A program made the translations under genes and the position numbers. This document shows positions 46,202-55,740 of a stretch of 64,000 bases of DNA, one piece after another. How positions within the stretch are numbered: position 1 is the stretch's first letter; every line of letters begins with the position of its first letter. Origin of the DNA: a virus. The notes beneath the pieces were generated by a model, which was given only the letters and a program-made list of their open reading frames with translations, made no database searches and was not told where the DNA came from. The stretch spans positions 96,001-160,000 of IMG/VR virus record IMGVR_UViG_3300017991_000003; one strand, 5' to 3'.

Positions 46202-46243
46202 GTTGGGTGGTGAGGGTGTCTCCGGGTAGACATCCCCGGATCA
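46202..46243 (-). promoter_or_regulatory. 42-bp leader cassette GTTGGGTGGTGAGGGTGTCTCCGGGTAGACATCCCCGGATCA with hairpin
   Basis: identical over 42 bp to 47869-47910; abuts start codon. Confidence 0.6.
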
Positions 46244-46245
46244 TT

Positions 46246-46256
46246 AGACTTATGCC
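46246..46256 (-). promoter_or_regulatory. promoter-like motif copy (AGACTTATGCC)
   Basis: 48 bp upstream of ATG 46198. Confidence 0.5.
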
Positions 46257-46357
46257 CTAACCTCTCCCCCTCCTGGCGCTTTTGGTCCATACTGGGGGCA
46301 CAACTTGACGCCCTTCGGGGCCGTCTCCCACGGATAACACAACTCCAGGAGAAGAGC

Positions 46358-47062
46358 ATGCTGCTCAACAACTTCAGCGTCCGCGTGCCTGAGGGACGCG
46401 AGCACCACCAGTACGTGGAGCTCCAGCACGACACCAAGTACAGCCTCGTCCTCGCCAACAAGAACACCGAGGACTGCGACGCCCGGGTAGAGATCGATGG
46501 GCAGGCTGTTGGGACCTGGCGGATCAAGGCCAAGTCCACGGTCCGGCTCGAGAGGCCGGTTGACTCGGAGGGTAGGTTTACCTTCTACAAACAAGGCACC
46601 GAGGAGGCGAGCAAGGCTCAGCTCGAGGCAGTCGGCGAGGACAAGCTCGGCCTGGTCTGCGTGTGGTTCACCCCGGCTAAGCGACAGCAGGTACCGCAGT
46701 GGATCAGTACCCCGCAGTGGGGCAGTCACTACCCGTCGCCTACGCCCCCGCCGATCCCCTTGGATTACCAAGTCGACTGCAACACGATCCAGACGGCTTT
46801 CTTCTGCGCGAGCTCTGCGGATATGCCTTCGATGAGCCAGAAGAGCGTGGGCTCGATCACGCGAGAGGCGCGCCTTATGTCTTCAGGAGGCACGGGCCTC
46901 TCGGGTAAGAGCACACAGCAGTTCGTTGAGGCTCAAGAGCTCGACCTAGACATGGATCGACAGACCTTCATCGCCCTGCGCCTCGTGTGCGTGGAGAAGG
47001 AGGAGTCGGACATCCGTCCTCTGGTGCAGCGAGCCACCCCTGTACCGCCGCCCCTGAAGTGA
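46358..47062 (+). CDS. hypothetical protein (234 aa)
   Basis: ATG 46358 with AGGAGAAGAG upstream. Confidence 0.55.
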   Translation: MLLNNFSVRVPEGREHHQYVELQHDTKYSLVLANKNTEDCDARVEIDGQAVGTWRIKAKSTVRLERPVDSEGRFTFYKQGTEEASKAQLEAVGEDKLGLVCVWFTPAKRQQVPQWISTPQWGSHYPSPTPPPIPLDYQVDCNTIQTAFFCASSADMPSMSQKSVGSITREARLMSSGGTGLSGKSTQQFVEAQELDLDMDRQTFIALRLVCVEKEESDIRPLVQRATPVPPPLK

Positions 47063-47076
47063 GGCAAAAAAGAAGG

Positions 47077-47099
47077 CTGGCACTGGCTCCCAGTGTCAG
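47077..47099. repeat. palindromic element copy 5 (CTGGCACTGG-CTC-CCAGTGTCAG); likely also a bidirectional terminator
   Basis: flanked by AAAAAAGAAGG upstream and TCTTCTTCT downstream at a convergent junction. Confidence 0.75.
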
Positions 47100-47114
47100 T
47101 CTTCTTCTCGCGGC

Positions 47115-47483
47115 TCACTCGGAGACGGCTCCAGCGGCTCGCATGGCCAGCGAGTGCAGGTAGTCGTACCGGTCCTTGAAGACATCGAAGGCCACAGTGC
47201 GGAGCTCGGCCTGGACCCAGGTGGCGTACTCGACCGGCGGTTCTTTCTGGATCAGCTCTTCAACGATCTCCCGAGGGAGGTAGGCGATGATCCAGTTCAT
47301 GTCGTCCACGCGTCCCCCAGATCCCGGAGGTCCGAAGCCCAGCTGGTGCACAGCGTACTGAGCGCTTTCGATGAAGTCCTCGGGAACGTCGAAGTCGTCT
47401 CGCCGGCCAGCAGCGAGCACCATGGCGGCCCAAGCCGCGTGGATACCTTGCCGGTACCCGCGCAGGTATTCGTCTTTAGTCAT
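47115..47483 (-). CDS. hypothetical protein (122 aa)
   Basis: ORF track. Confidence 0.5.
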   Translation of the reverse strand: MTKDEYLRGYRQGIHAAWAAMVLAAGRRDDFDVPEDFIESAQYAVHQLGFGPPGSGGRVDDMNWIIAYLPREIVEELIQKEPPVEYATWVQAELRTVAFDVFKDRYDYLHSLAMRAAGAVSE

Positions 47484-47868
47484 GGTTAGGAGGGGTTTGG
47501 CAGGTCTGGTAGATGCGGGCCATCTGGTCGAGCGCCGTCAACCGGATGGTGATGATCTTGCGGGCCACGTTTGCGACGGTCGCGCCACTGCCCTGCCGCA
47601 TCGACAGCTTGTGCGGCCGGGTCTGAAGGAGCTCAACGAGGTCCGTGTGAGCGAGGCGCTCGCGGAGGTCGGTGACGTACTCCGTGAGGAAGCCCTGAAG
47701 CTCCCCCGGCGGGTTGGCGGTCAGGACTGCCTTGGCCCTCGTGGGCGCGGTCCCGTCGAGCTGGCTCTGGAGGCGATCCCCGAAGGGAATCTGGGAGACC
47801 AGCTCGGCCCAGAGCCAGTCCCGGGCCAGGACCGCTGCCTGGCTGTAGATCTTGTCGGCGTGCTTCAT
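47476..47868 (-). CDS. hypothetical protein (130 aa), first gene of operon
   Basis: ATG 47868 abutting the conserved 42-bp leader cassette. Confidence 0.5.
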   Translation of the reverse strand: MKHADKIYSQAAVLARDWLWAELVSQIPFGDRLQSQLDGTAPTRAKAVLTANPPGELQGFLTEYVTDLRERLAHTDLVELLQTRPHKLSMRQGSGATVANVARKIITIRLTALDQMARIYQTCQTPPNHD

Positions 47869-47910
47869 GTTGGGTGGTGAGGGTGTCTCCGGGTAGACAT
47901 CCCCGGATCA
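47869..47910 (-). promoter_or_regulatory. 42-bp leader cassette, second identical copy
   Basis: identical to 46202-46243. Confidence 0.6.
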
Positions 47911-47912
47911 AA

Positions 47913-47923
47913 GGACTCATGAC
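47913..47923 (-). promoter_or_regulatory. promoter-like motif copy (GGACTCATGAC)
   Basis: 45 bp upstream of ATG 47868. Confidence 0.5.
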
Positions 47924-48050
47924 AGACCCAAGAGATGGGTTTGGCCCGCTAGTCCCTGGCACACATCCCGGCCTAGGCCCTAGACTTAGGACGAACCCTA
48001 AGGGCTCTTTCTGGGCCCCAAGTCCCCTTCTAACCGGATCCTGAGACACC

Positions 48051-48320
48051 ATGGACGCCGCCACTCTGTTCGAATCCCAGCTCCGCGAGAGCCTGGAGCG
48101 CCACAACACCCCCTCCATCATGGACAAGATCGCCGCTTTCCACGCGGAGCAGGGCGATCTCGTCGAAGACGTTGTTGAGGAGCTCCCCCTGGAAGACCGA
48201 CTCGCCAAGGTCGCTGAGGCCATCTCTGCTCGCCTGAACAGCGAGCCCGAGGAGCCCGAGGAGCCCGGGGAGGTCGAGGAGACCCCCGAGCAGAGCCTGC
48301 TCGAGCGCCTCCGCGGCTAG
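48051..48320 (+). CDS. hypothetical acidic protein (89 aa)
   Basis: ORF track; ATG 48051. Confidence 0.45.
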   Translation: MDAATLFESQLRESLERHNTPSIMDKIAAFHAEQGDLVEDVVEELPLEDRLAKVAEAISARLNSEPEEPEEPGEVEETPEQSLLERLRG

Positions 48321-48324
48321 ACCG

Positions 48325-48729
48325 GTGGATCTGGGGGTCGTTCAGGTCTCTGATCAAGTCCTGACCCCGGGCCTGGGGGACGCTCCGGTCCGGGTGTCAG
48401 GTCTTCGTGCCCTCGTACAGCAGGCGGTCATCGAGCTCATCTCGAACCCCCTGCCGGAGCGAGGGCGCGGGGCTGGGCTAGCTCAGCTCGTTGCAGCCCT
48501 GCCTCCCCAGAACCAGGCACAAGCTCGTGGCACCTTTGCGCAGGCCGTGAGCTCCGCCAAGACGCACATCTTGGCCAACCAGCGCTACGCTTCCAACCTC
48601 ACCGCGAACGAGCGGCTGCAAGACATGACCCTGCTTCGGGCCGAGCTCAATGGGCTCGTCTGGGAGATCGACATCAGGATCACCAACGTAGCCGGCGAGT
48701 CCGCCACCTTTGCCCTGCCGGTCAGCTGA
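48325..48729 (+). CDS. hypothetical protein (134 aa)
   Basis: ORF track; apparent GTG start. Confidence 0.4.
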   Translation: MDLGVVQVSDQVLTPGLGDAPVRVSGLRALVQQAVIELISNPLPERGRGAGLAQLVAALPPQNQAQARGTFAQAVSSAKTHILANQRYASNLTANERLQDMTLLRAELNGLVWEIDIRITNVAGESATFALPVS

Positions 48730-49796
48730 TGACGTCCCACAAGAGTACCCACAAGGACAAACTACCCGGCGGACTTGCGGACAAGATGCGAGATGCCGTC
48801 TTCGCGGCCTCCGCCCTCAAGGCGGGAACCAAGGTGGAGATGGAGCATACTGATGATCCGCAGCTAGCCAAGGAGGTAGCTAAGGACCATCTCGCCGAGG
48901 ATCCGCAGTACTACAAGAAGCTGCGGAAGATGGAGAAGAAGGCCGGTGGCTACGCCACCGGCTCGGTTGAGGTCGCCTCGCAGGTAGGTCGTAGGGTCTT
49001 GCCCGCCTGGAGCCGGTCGAAGAAGATTCCCGCGGGAGCGAAGCGTGCCGCAGGTATGGTTAGGCAGCAGCCGTTCGCCCCTGGTGGGAAAAACAGCCTG
49101 ATCCCCGCTTCGTCGACGACTCGCAAGCCGCTCCCGACCTTCACCTCGACATCCAAGCCGATGAGCATGGCCAAGGCCGCGATGCTGCAAGGCATGGTGA
49201 ACACGCTGGCTAAAGAGGCGGGGTGGGTGGATAAGCTCAAAGGCGGAGCCAAGAAGGCTCCCGGTGTGATCGCCCGAGAGGGCGCAGGCATCGCAACGTG
49301 GGGAGTCGGGGAAGGGGTGGCCAACAAGCTCATTCCCCGGTGGAAGCCCCCGACCCCGCGCGTGAAAGTGGCTGGGGTTGATAAGGAGGCCATCCTTCAG
49401 GCCTTGCTATGGGCGCCGGCCCTGTATGAAGGGGCCAAGGCCGCCGGCCGCGTAGCGGCTAAACCGTTCAAATCCCTCAAGCGTGGGCTAGCCCCGAAGA
49501 GCCCCAAGATCCAAGGACCGCACCCTGAAGTGCGCGCTGCGAACACCCCTGAGGTGGCTAAGGTCGCGGTATGGGGGACGCTCGCCCGTGTGGCTACTAA
49601 GCTGGCCCCTCGATTGGCTAAGGTGGCTCCGAAGACGAGTGCCCGTCTAGCGACGGCTACGCCGCAATCTACCAAGGCGCTCGCAGGACGCGCCGGTAAG
49701 GCGGCTGCTAGGGATGCGGCGCTGGGAGCCGGTACGATGGGCGCAGCTAACGCGGCAAGCCACGTGGCCCGACCGAAACGCCCTAACCCTCTGTAG
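48729..49796 (+). CDS. basic A/K/P-rich protein (355 aa); possible nucleic-acid-binding or internal virion protein
   Basis: ORF track; composition only. Confidence 0.5.
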   Translation: MTSHKSTHKDKLPGGLADKMRDAVFAASALKAGTKVEMEHTDDPQLAKEVAKDHLAEDPQYYKKLRKMEKKAGGYATGSVEVASQVGRRVLPAWSRSKKIPAGAKRAAGMVRQQPFAPGGKNSLIPASSTTRKPLPTFTSTSKPMSMAKAAMLQGMVNTLAKEAGWVDKLKGGAKKAPGVIAREGAGIATWGVGEGVANKLIPRWKPPTPRVKVAGVDKEAILQALLWAPALYEGAKAAGRVAAKPFKSLKRGLAPKSPKIQGPHPEVRAANTPEVAKVAVWGTLARVATKLAPRLAKVAPKTSARLATATPQSTKALAGRAGKAAARDAALGAGTMGAANAASHVARPKRPNPL

Positions 49797-49805
49797 GGAT
49801 TAGAG

Positions 49806-52800
49806 ATGGCTGAGTTCAAGGACTGCCAGAGCCCGAGCCCCCTGACCGGGCGGATCGGCCCCGATCTGATCGAAGAGGTTGGCGGGGTCTCTCTGGCAGG
49901 TGTGTTGGCAGGCACGGAGACGCTGCCGGTTGGTGCAATCCCTGTCACAGCCCCGCTTTATGACAGTCCGAGCCCTACAGGTACGGCTATTGGACTGCGG
50001 TTGGATTCGAGCCTGACGGTTGATGCCCAGGGCCGGCTCAGTATTGCTGGAGCCCCATCGCCCGCGGCCCACGCCTCGAGCCACGAGCCTGGCGGGTCTG
50101 ATCCGATCACCCCTGCTGCCTTTGACGGGCTTATCACCCCGCCGGTCGCCACGACGGTTGTCCTTGGCGGTGTCAAGGACGGTGACGGCGTCTCGATCGC
50201 CGGTGACGGCACCCTGACCCTCGATCTGGCCGCCGCCAGTGGCCTCGAGATCAGCGGCGGGACCCTGAGACTGGCACTGGGTACCGGTGTCAGCTTCAGC
50301 GGCAACGATCTGGTCCTGGACGAGGCCACGGACTCCACGCTGGGCGGCATCATCGCCGGCACGGGTCTATCAGTCAGCTCGGGTACGGCGAGCCTCAACG
50401 CCCCCCAAGTCACGGGAGCCTCCCTAGCGGGCAGCACTCTGGTCTGGGATACCAGCCCGAGTGCCCAGAGTCCCAGCCCTGCTCTGAGGCTTCCGGCGAG
50501 CTTCACGTACACCAAGGCGATCCCGCAGTCGCAGCTGCCGACCGCGGCCTACGGCAGCCCGGGCAGCTCGAGCCCCAGCCCGCAGCTCGGCCTTGTCCGC
50601 ATCTATGGCCCGAGCGAGGGCCTGACGCTTAGCGATGGGCTCCTGTCGCTGGCGACTCCGATCAGCACGGATCACCTACCCACCGCTACTGGTCTAGGTG
50701 GGCGAGGCATCGTCCGCGCGGGCCTACTTGACGGTACGGGCGTCTACGTCTCCAACAGTACGACCGGCCAGCTGGCGATCCTGATTGACGCCACGTCGGA
50801 CACGTTGGCGTTGTCGTCGAGCGGGATCAAGGTCAAGTCCAATCGCTTCCTGGCGCTGACTGGCACCGGTAACCTCCCCAGCCCCGCGGCGAGCCCGAGC
50901 CCGGGGACTGACGGCTGGATGACCGGGTCGGTTCGATTCACCAACGACCTGGGTGAGCCTGCGATCCGCACCGGTAACCAGCGGATCCGCTACGAGTTCG
51001 GGGCCAGCCCGTCTCCCGGGGCGATCCTGGCATCGGCTGATCTAAGCGATCTACTAACGTACCAGGAGATCAGCACACTCATCTCCCAGGCTGAGCTTGG
51101 TGTCGAGGTTTGGACTCCTGGGCGACCTGTGCAGGCAGAGCCGGGTACGAGCCTAGGTGCGTTGGCGGAGCTCTCGGCCGGGGATCGGTTCCTTACGAGC
51201 ACGTCGTCCAACACCAACCCCGGCGGTGACTGGAATGCGCACAACTGCGTGTTCGCGGTCTGGACGGAAACGGCTCCCGATACCTTTACCTGGGTCTATG
51301 AGACCCCCACGGTCAACACCTGGTTCACAGACGACGTAACTGGGGACACGTGGGCTGTTGTTGTCGGCTCCCCCTCCCCGAAGTCGCCCTCACCGAACCC
51401 GTCGCGAGAGGCTTTCCGGTATCGCGCTCGTCAAGATGACACAGCATCGACGGCCCGAGCTGGTCGCGTGCGTGTCCCGACGACCAGTGGCCTCGTCATG
51501 GACGGCGAGGATATTCGGCTATCCCTCGCCTCGGACATCGGGGTCAGTACGGGCCTGCGTCTGATCACCCGAGCTCGCAACAACGCGCTAGCTCTCGATC
51601 TCAGCCGGTCCCAAGGGATCTTGGAGCTCAACTCCGACGGGCGCCTTCAGGTTGCCGCGTCCTCGATCCAGGCCACGGAGATCGCGGACAACACCATCGT
51701 CCTCGACAACCTGGCCGCGGATCAGGTGACAGGCGGTACCAAAGACTTCATCGCCACGCAGTACGACGGGCTATCCGTCCGGCTGGTGGGGGACTCGGAA
51801 GACTTCCGCGTCACTGGGGCGCCTGTCAGCACGGCTACGACCATTCTGATCCACACCGAGGACGGTATCGGTGTGGCGGAGGAGTCGATCAACACTGACG
51901 CTCTCTCGGACGAGGCGGTTAGCTACAGCAAACTCCTGATGCCCACGGCCTCCGGTCTGGAGGACAACGGGCAGGACAAGGTCCGGGTCAAGCTCCAGAC
52001 CCGCAGCGGCCTCGAGCGAACGGTGGATGGCCTGGCGGTCAACATCCATGACGTGGTGGACGATGCCACGATTGAGCTCGACACATCCACGGGCGGCTTG
52101 CGCGTCAAGACAGGTAGCCTGACGTCGTCGTACTTCGCGTCGGGCCTGGCGATCTCGGCCTCGGTCCTCACGCTGGGAGCCCCTATGCTCTCGTCGAGCG
52201 GGCTCCTGACCTTCTGCTACCAGAGCCCTCTGGTCCTGACCGGCAGCCCCGGCTGCTTGACGATCGGCGAAGGCTTGATCAGCTCGCCGTATCTCGGCAC
52301 CGGGTCGGTCAGCTACGCCAAGCTCAAGCTGGCGAGCCCCTCCGGCATCACGCAGACGGCCGGCGGTATCAAGGTCGACATCTCGACGGGTCTCGCCTTC
52401 AGCGGCAACCAGATCGTGGTCGACCAGGTGCCGGCAGACGCGATGGCACTGGATGCGGATTCGGCGTTGTACGCCGCTAGCCCGACCAGTCCGCTGACGC
52501 AGCTGGAGCTGAGCATCCGGGTCAGCAGCCCGTTCACGCAGACGGGTGGTACGCTGGATCTAGCGGACGAGGGTGTTCAGGTGAGTCACCTGGATCGCTC
52601 CAAGCTGCGCGGTAGCTTCCTGGCCAGCGGCCTCGAGGCCGGCCTAGGTACCCAGACCAGTCCCTTCGACTCTTGGGTCACGAGCCCGGCGTTCTACACC
52701 GGCTCGGACGCCCCGGGTATGCGGGTGGCTACGCGGACGCGATCCGATCACGACTACCTGGATGCGGCGGGTCAGGGACAAGGCACGTTCGAGCCCTATA

Positions 52801-53594
52801 GCTTGACGCTGCTTCAACTTGGTGGCACGCCCTCGGGCAGCGACTACCAGAACCGACTGGCCCCGACGCTCAACAGCATCGGTCTTCCGCACCTAGCCCT
52901 CGGCAACGAGACCCTGGCCCCCACGGACTCCGATCGGCTGCCGACTGGTTTCGGTAGCTACAAGGCGCTGGTCCAGAGCGGGAAGCTGCCCACGAGCCCG
53001 GTGACGAGCCGCGGCTGGGCAGTGGCTAACCTGTCGGAGAACATCCCAGCTGTCCGAGTCGGTCCGGGCCTCAGCATCACGGCTGCGGGCTTCGTGGTTC
53101 CGAGCGATGTCCAGGCGGATCAGATCCTCCTGGGCACCACGTCTCGCGAGACCAGTCCGCGCGGGGTCTCGAGTCTTGCGCTTGTGCGTGACGGGGGATT
53201 GAGCAGCCCGGTCACGGATGGGGCGCTGGCGCTCGGCTACGACGTATCGGACTTCGAGGTCACCTCGGCGCTTGGCCTTGGCCGACGTCAGGCGTACCAA
53301 GAGGAGTACACGGGCGCCTCGGTTCCCGCAGCGGCGAGCGGGTACTACACCTTCGCTCTGACGCTGGGGAGCTCGCAAGGCCTTGTGCCCGGCACGGTGT
53401 CGGTCCACGTCAACGGCCTACGTCTCGAAAGCCCCTTCTTCAGCTACACCAGCCCCTCGATCACCTCGAAGGAGGTGTACCTCAACGAGTCGGCAAGCCC
53501 TGGCCCCAACCTGGCCTACACGTTGAGCCAGTCTACTAGCCCGGACGTTCTTGACCGGGTTGTCATTCGCTATCGAACCCGTCCGACCTCATGA
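49806..53594 (+). CDS. giant S/T/G/P-rich fibre-like protein (1262 aa); putative tail fibre or adhesin
   Basis: ATG 49806; recurrent SPSP motifs; Gly/Ser/Thr-rich repeats. Confidence 0.6.
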   Translation: MAEFKDCQSPSPLTGRIGPDLIEEVGGVSLAGVLAGTETLPVGAIPVTAPLYDSPSPTGTAIGLRLDSSLTVDAQGRLSIAGAPSPAAHASSHEPGGSDPITPAAFDGLITPPVATTVVLGGVKDGDGVSIAGDGTLTLDLAAASGLEISGGTLRLALGTGVSFSGNDLVLDEATDSTLGGIIAGTGLSVSSGTASLNAPQVTGASLAGSTLVWDTSPSAQSPSPALRLPASFTYTKAIPQSQLPTAAYGSPGSSSPSPQLGLVRIYGPSEGLTLSDGLLSLATPISTDHLPTATGLGGRGIVRAGLLDGTGVYVSNSTTGQLAILIDATSDTLALSSSGIKVKSNRFLALTGTGNLPSPAASPSPGTDGWMTGSVRFTNDLGEPAIRTGNQRIRYEFGASPSPGAILASADLSDLLTYQEISTLISQAELGVEVWTPGRPVQAEPGTSLGALAELSAGDRFLTSTSSNTNPGGDWNAHNCVFAVWTETAPDTFTWVYETPTVNTWFTDDVTGDTWAVVVGSPSPKSPSPNPSREAFRYRARQDDTASTARAGRVRVPTTSGLVMDGEDIRLSLASDIGVSTGLRLITRARNNALALDLSRSQGILELNSDGRLQVAASSIQATEIADNTIVLDNLAADQVTGGTKDFIATQYDGLSVRLVGDSEDFRVTGAPVSTATTILIHTEDGIGVAEESINTDALSDEAVSYSKLLMPTASGLEDNGQDKVRVKLQTRSGLERTVDGLAVNIHDVVDDATIELDTSTGGLRVKTGSLTSSYFASGLAISASVLTLGAPMLSSSGLLTFCYQSPLVLTGSPGCLTIGEGLISSPYLGTGSVSYAKLKLASPSGITQTAGGIKVDISTGLAFSGNQIVVDQVPADAMALDADSALYAASPTSPLTQLELSIRVSSPFTQTGGTLDLADEGVQVSHLDRSKLRGSFLASGLEAGLGTQTSPFDSWVTSPAFYTGSDAPGMRVATRTRSDHDYLDAAGQGQGTFEPYSLTLLQLGGTPSGSDYQNRLAPTLNSIGLPHLALGNETLAPTDSDRLPTGFGSYKALVQSGKLPTSPVTSRGWAVANLSENIPAVRVGPGLSITAAGFVVPSDVQADQILLGTTSRETSPRGVSSLALVRDGGLSSPVTDGALALGYDVSDFEVTSALGLGRRQAYQEEYTGASVPAAASGYYTFALTLGSSQGLVPGTVSVHVNGLRLESPFFSYTSPSITSKEVYLNESASPGPNLAYTLSQSTSPDVLDRVVIRYRTRPTS

Positions 53595-54130
53595 CTCTCA
53601 AGCGCGTCACTTGGGTAGGTGATCGTCACCGCCCCCGTCCTCGCTACCGCGGTTTCCGTCGCGGCGTCCCTCAGCTAGTGACCAAAGAGGTTGCTGATCT
53701 CATGATTCGGGATCACGGTCCTGATGTGATCGTGGCTGATCGACTAACTAAGGTGGCTGAGCATGTGGGCGTTGATGTCGAGCGTCGCGAGTTTGAGCAG
53801 ACTACCCGCGGCGAGGGCGATGAGCGTCCGCGGTGGCGCGGTCCTGAGGCTAACGCTCCCGCGTACCGAGGCACCCCATCGCACCGGATCAACTTCTCGT
53901 GGTCGGCTCGAGGAGCTACCTTTCGGCCTGTGCAATACCGAGTGTACCGCGGGACAAGCCTGGATAACCTCCAGCTCCTGACCACGCAGGACGCTGACTC
54001 AGCTCGAGTGAGCGTTGATACCACAGTCGCGGGCCGCACGACGTACTACTACGGTGTGTCCTATGTCGACAACCGCGGCTTCGAGAGCGAGATCACGATC
54101 GCTGGATCAGCCACCACACCCACTTTCTGA
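53591..54130 (+). CDS. hypothetical protein (179 aa), tandem paralogue A
   Basis: shares KRV(T/S)W(V/F)GDR, VVAD...VAEH(V/I)G...(E/D)R(R/K)EF, Y(R/Q)(V/L)YRGT and Y(Y/I)Y(G/S)V(S/T)Y with the next ORF. Confidence 0.5.
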   Translation: MTLKRVTWVGDRHRPRPRYRGFRRGVPQLVTKEVADLMIRDHGPDVIVADRLTKVAEHVGVDVERREFEQTTRGEGDERPRWRGPEANAPAYRGTPSHRINFSWSARGATFRPVQYRVYRGTSLDNLQLLTTQDADSARVSVDTTVAGRTTYYYGVSYVDNRGFESEITIAGSATTPTF

Positions 54131-54149
54131 CCTCTAACCCCACAGACTC

Positions 54150-54692
54150 ATGACGACCTCTATTCGAAAGCGGGTGAGCTGGTTCGGTGACCGGACCACG
54201 CGCATCCCCAAGCATCGCGGGCTTCACCCGAGCGGTACTCCGACGGAGATGCCTGAAGATGATGCCAACGACCTGATCCGAGACTATCCCAGTCACCTCG
54301 TGGTGGCTGACCCGATCACGTTGGTTGCGGAGCACATCGGTGAAGAGGTGGACCGGAAGGAGTTCTACGACGCTGGATACCGCTCCTACGGTACGCAGCC
54401 TGTGAAGTGGAAAGGCCCTGCGGTGACCTCGGTCACGCCGACGGCCAGCCCGGCTACGTCGCCTACGATCGTGTGGGACGCGATGCCCGCTCGGTTTGCT
54501 CCTCAGAGCTATCAGCTGTACCGAGGTACCGCGGCAGCGCCGAAAACGACGCTGGTGGGCTCGACTACCCTCCTGACGCTCAGCGAGGCCCCGCCGGCTC
54601 AAGGCACCTACATCTACAGCGTGACCTACACGGATCCCCACGGGTATGAGAGCGACGTCGGTACGTCGGTGTCTCACTACTCGTCTCCGTGA
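54150..54692 (+). CDS. hypothetical protein (180 aa), tandem paralogue B
   Basis: see paralogue A. Confidence 0.5.
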   Translation: MTTSIRKRVSWFGDRTTRIPKHRGLHPSGTPTEMPEDDANDLIRDYPSHLVVADPITLVAEHIGEEVDRKEFYDAGYRSYGTQPVKWKGPAVTSVTPTASPATSPTIVWDAMPARFAPQSYQLYRGTAAAPKTTLVGSTTLLTLSEAPPAQGTYIYSVTYTDPHGYESDVGTSVSHYSSP

Positions 54693-54715
54693 TACGATCC
54701 CACTAACGACACGTC

Positions 54716-55738
54716 ATGGTCCACATCAAACAGGTTCGTGGGGTCCCCAGCTATCTGAGCTTGGCGACCCCGCTCACCCCGCAGGGTGACACGGTGACCC
54801 AGGTCATCACTGGGCAGAAGACGTGGACCACGAGCGCGAGCACTAACGACCGTAGCGCGCTGGCCGCTAGTGTCCCCGGACGCTTCGACTCGAACGGTAC
54901 GGACGAGGCTGCTGCGGCGTTGTTCGGGGCCTCAAGCGGTATCTTCCGCTCGACGCTCGGGTTCTGGGGTAACAGCGAGGCCAATGGCATGCTGTCCTGG
55001 GCGCCGATCGCCACCCCGGTCAATCAGGACTTCGGCCGGTTCATGATCACCAACAGCCGCACGGCTACTGGTGATGCTTGGGACCCCGCGACTAATGGTG
55101 GTGCGGATACCGGCGTCAGCGGCTTGGTGCAGTACTACGCGGAGTTCCCGGCGCTGCGGCAGTCCGTGCCTGTGGCTTCGCCATCTGACTACGCAGATGA
55201 GACGGGGCTACCGGCGCCTCCTCTTACTTTCGGCCACCTCAAGCTGTTCGCTCGTCAGGGCAACCCAGCCTACGGGTATGAGGCAAGCCCTGGGCGGGAG
55301 TTCGGGCTTAGCTACCTGTCCTACAGCGTTCCTTCGGGATCGATCGAAGAAGACATCGCGACATATCAGCGCGCTGATGTGCGGTACGGGGCGGCTCAGG
55401 TATCGCACATCCATGTGGACACGTGGAGCCCGTCGACCACGATCTACCCCTTCGTGGCTCCGGGAGACGTTCGCATCACGCAGCTTGCTCTCATCGGGTC
55501 AGCAACCGTAGCCACATCTACCCTATCTGGCTACAACCACGCGCAGGTGAGTCCGGGCTACCTCTTCTCCGCAAGCCCTGTGTCGGCTATTGGCGCCGGC
55601 TCCCCGGTGAGCTACTCGCCTGATCAGTACCGAACGATGGCCCAGGGGGATTGGCTCAGCCTTAGCTGGGCCGGCTCCTCGAGCCCCCTCACCAACCTGA
55701 CGATCAGCGTCTCCTATAACCCCATCTATCCGAGCTGA
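54716..55738 (+). CDS. hypothetical protein (340 aa), S/T/G-rich
   Basis: ORF track; ATG 54716. Confidence 0.5.
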   Translation: MVHIKQVRGVPSYLSLATPLTPQGDTVTQVITGQKTWTTSASTNDRSALAASVPGRFDSNGTDEAAAALFGASSGIFRSTLGFWGNSEANGMLSWAPIATPVNQDFGRFMITNSRTATGDAWDPATNGGADTGVSGLVQYYAEFPALRQSVPVASPSDYADETGLPAPPLTFGHLKLFARQGNPAYGYEASPGREFGLSYLSYSVPSGSIEEDIATYQRADVRYGAAQVSHIHVDTWSPSTTIYPFVAPGDVRITQLALIGSATVATSTLSGYNHAQVSPGYLFSASPVSAIGAGSPVSYSPDQYRTMAQGDWLSLSWAGSSSPLTNLTISVSYNPIYPS

Positions 55739-55740
55739 CT

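Noticed and set aside
45570-46244. Full-length R-rich ORFs in alternative frames (45570-46244; N-terminal parts of 61403-62833, 58974-59906, 34798-35430, 62370-62912)
   Set aside because: The N-terminal portions are Arg/Pro-rich and overlap better genes in another frame. Only the C-terminal protein-like segments were kept, with internal starts.
50925-50945. GGTTCGATTC tRNA-like T-loop inside the fibre gene
   Set aside because: No flanking stems or acceptor arm; it lies inside a long intact coding frame.
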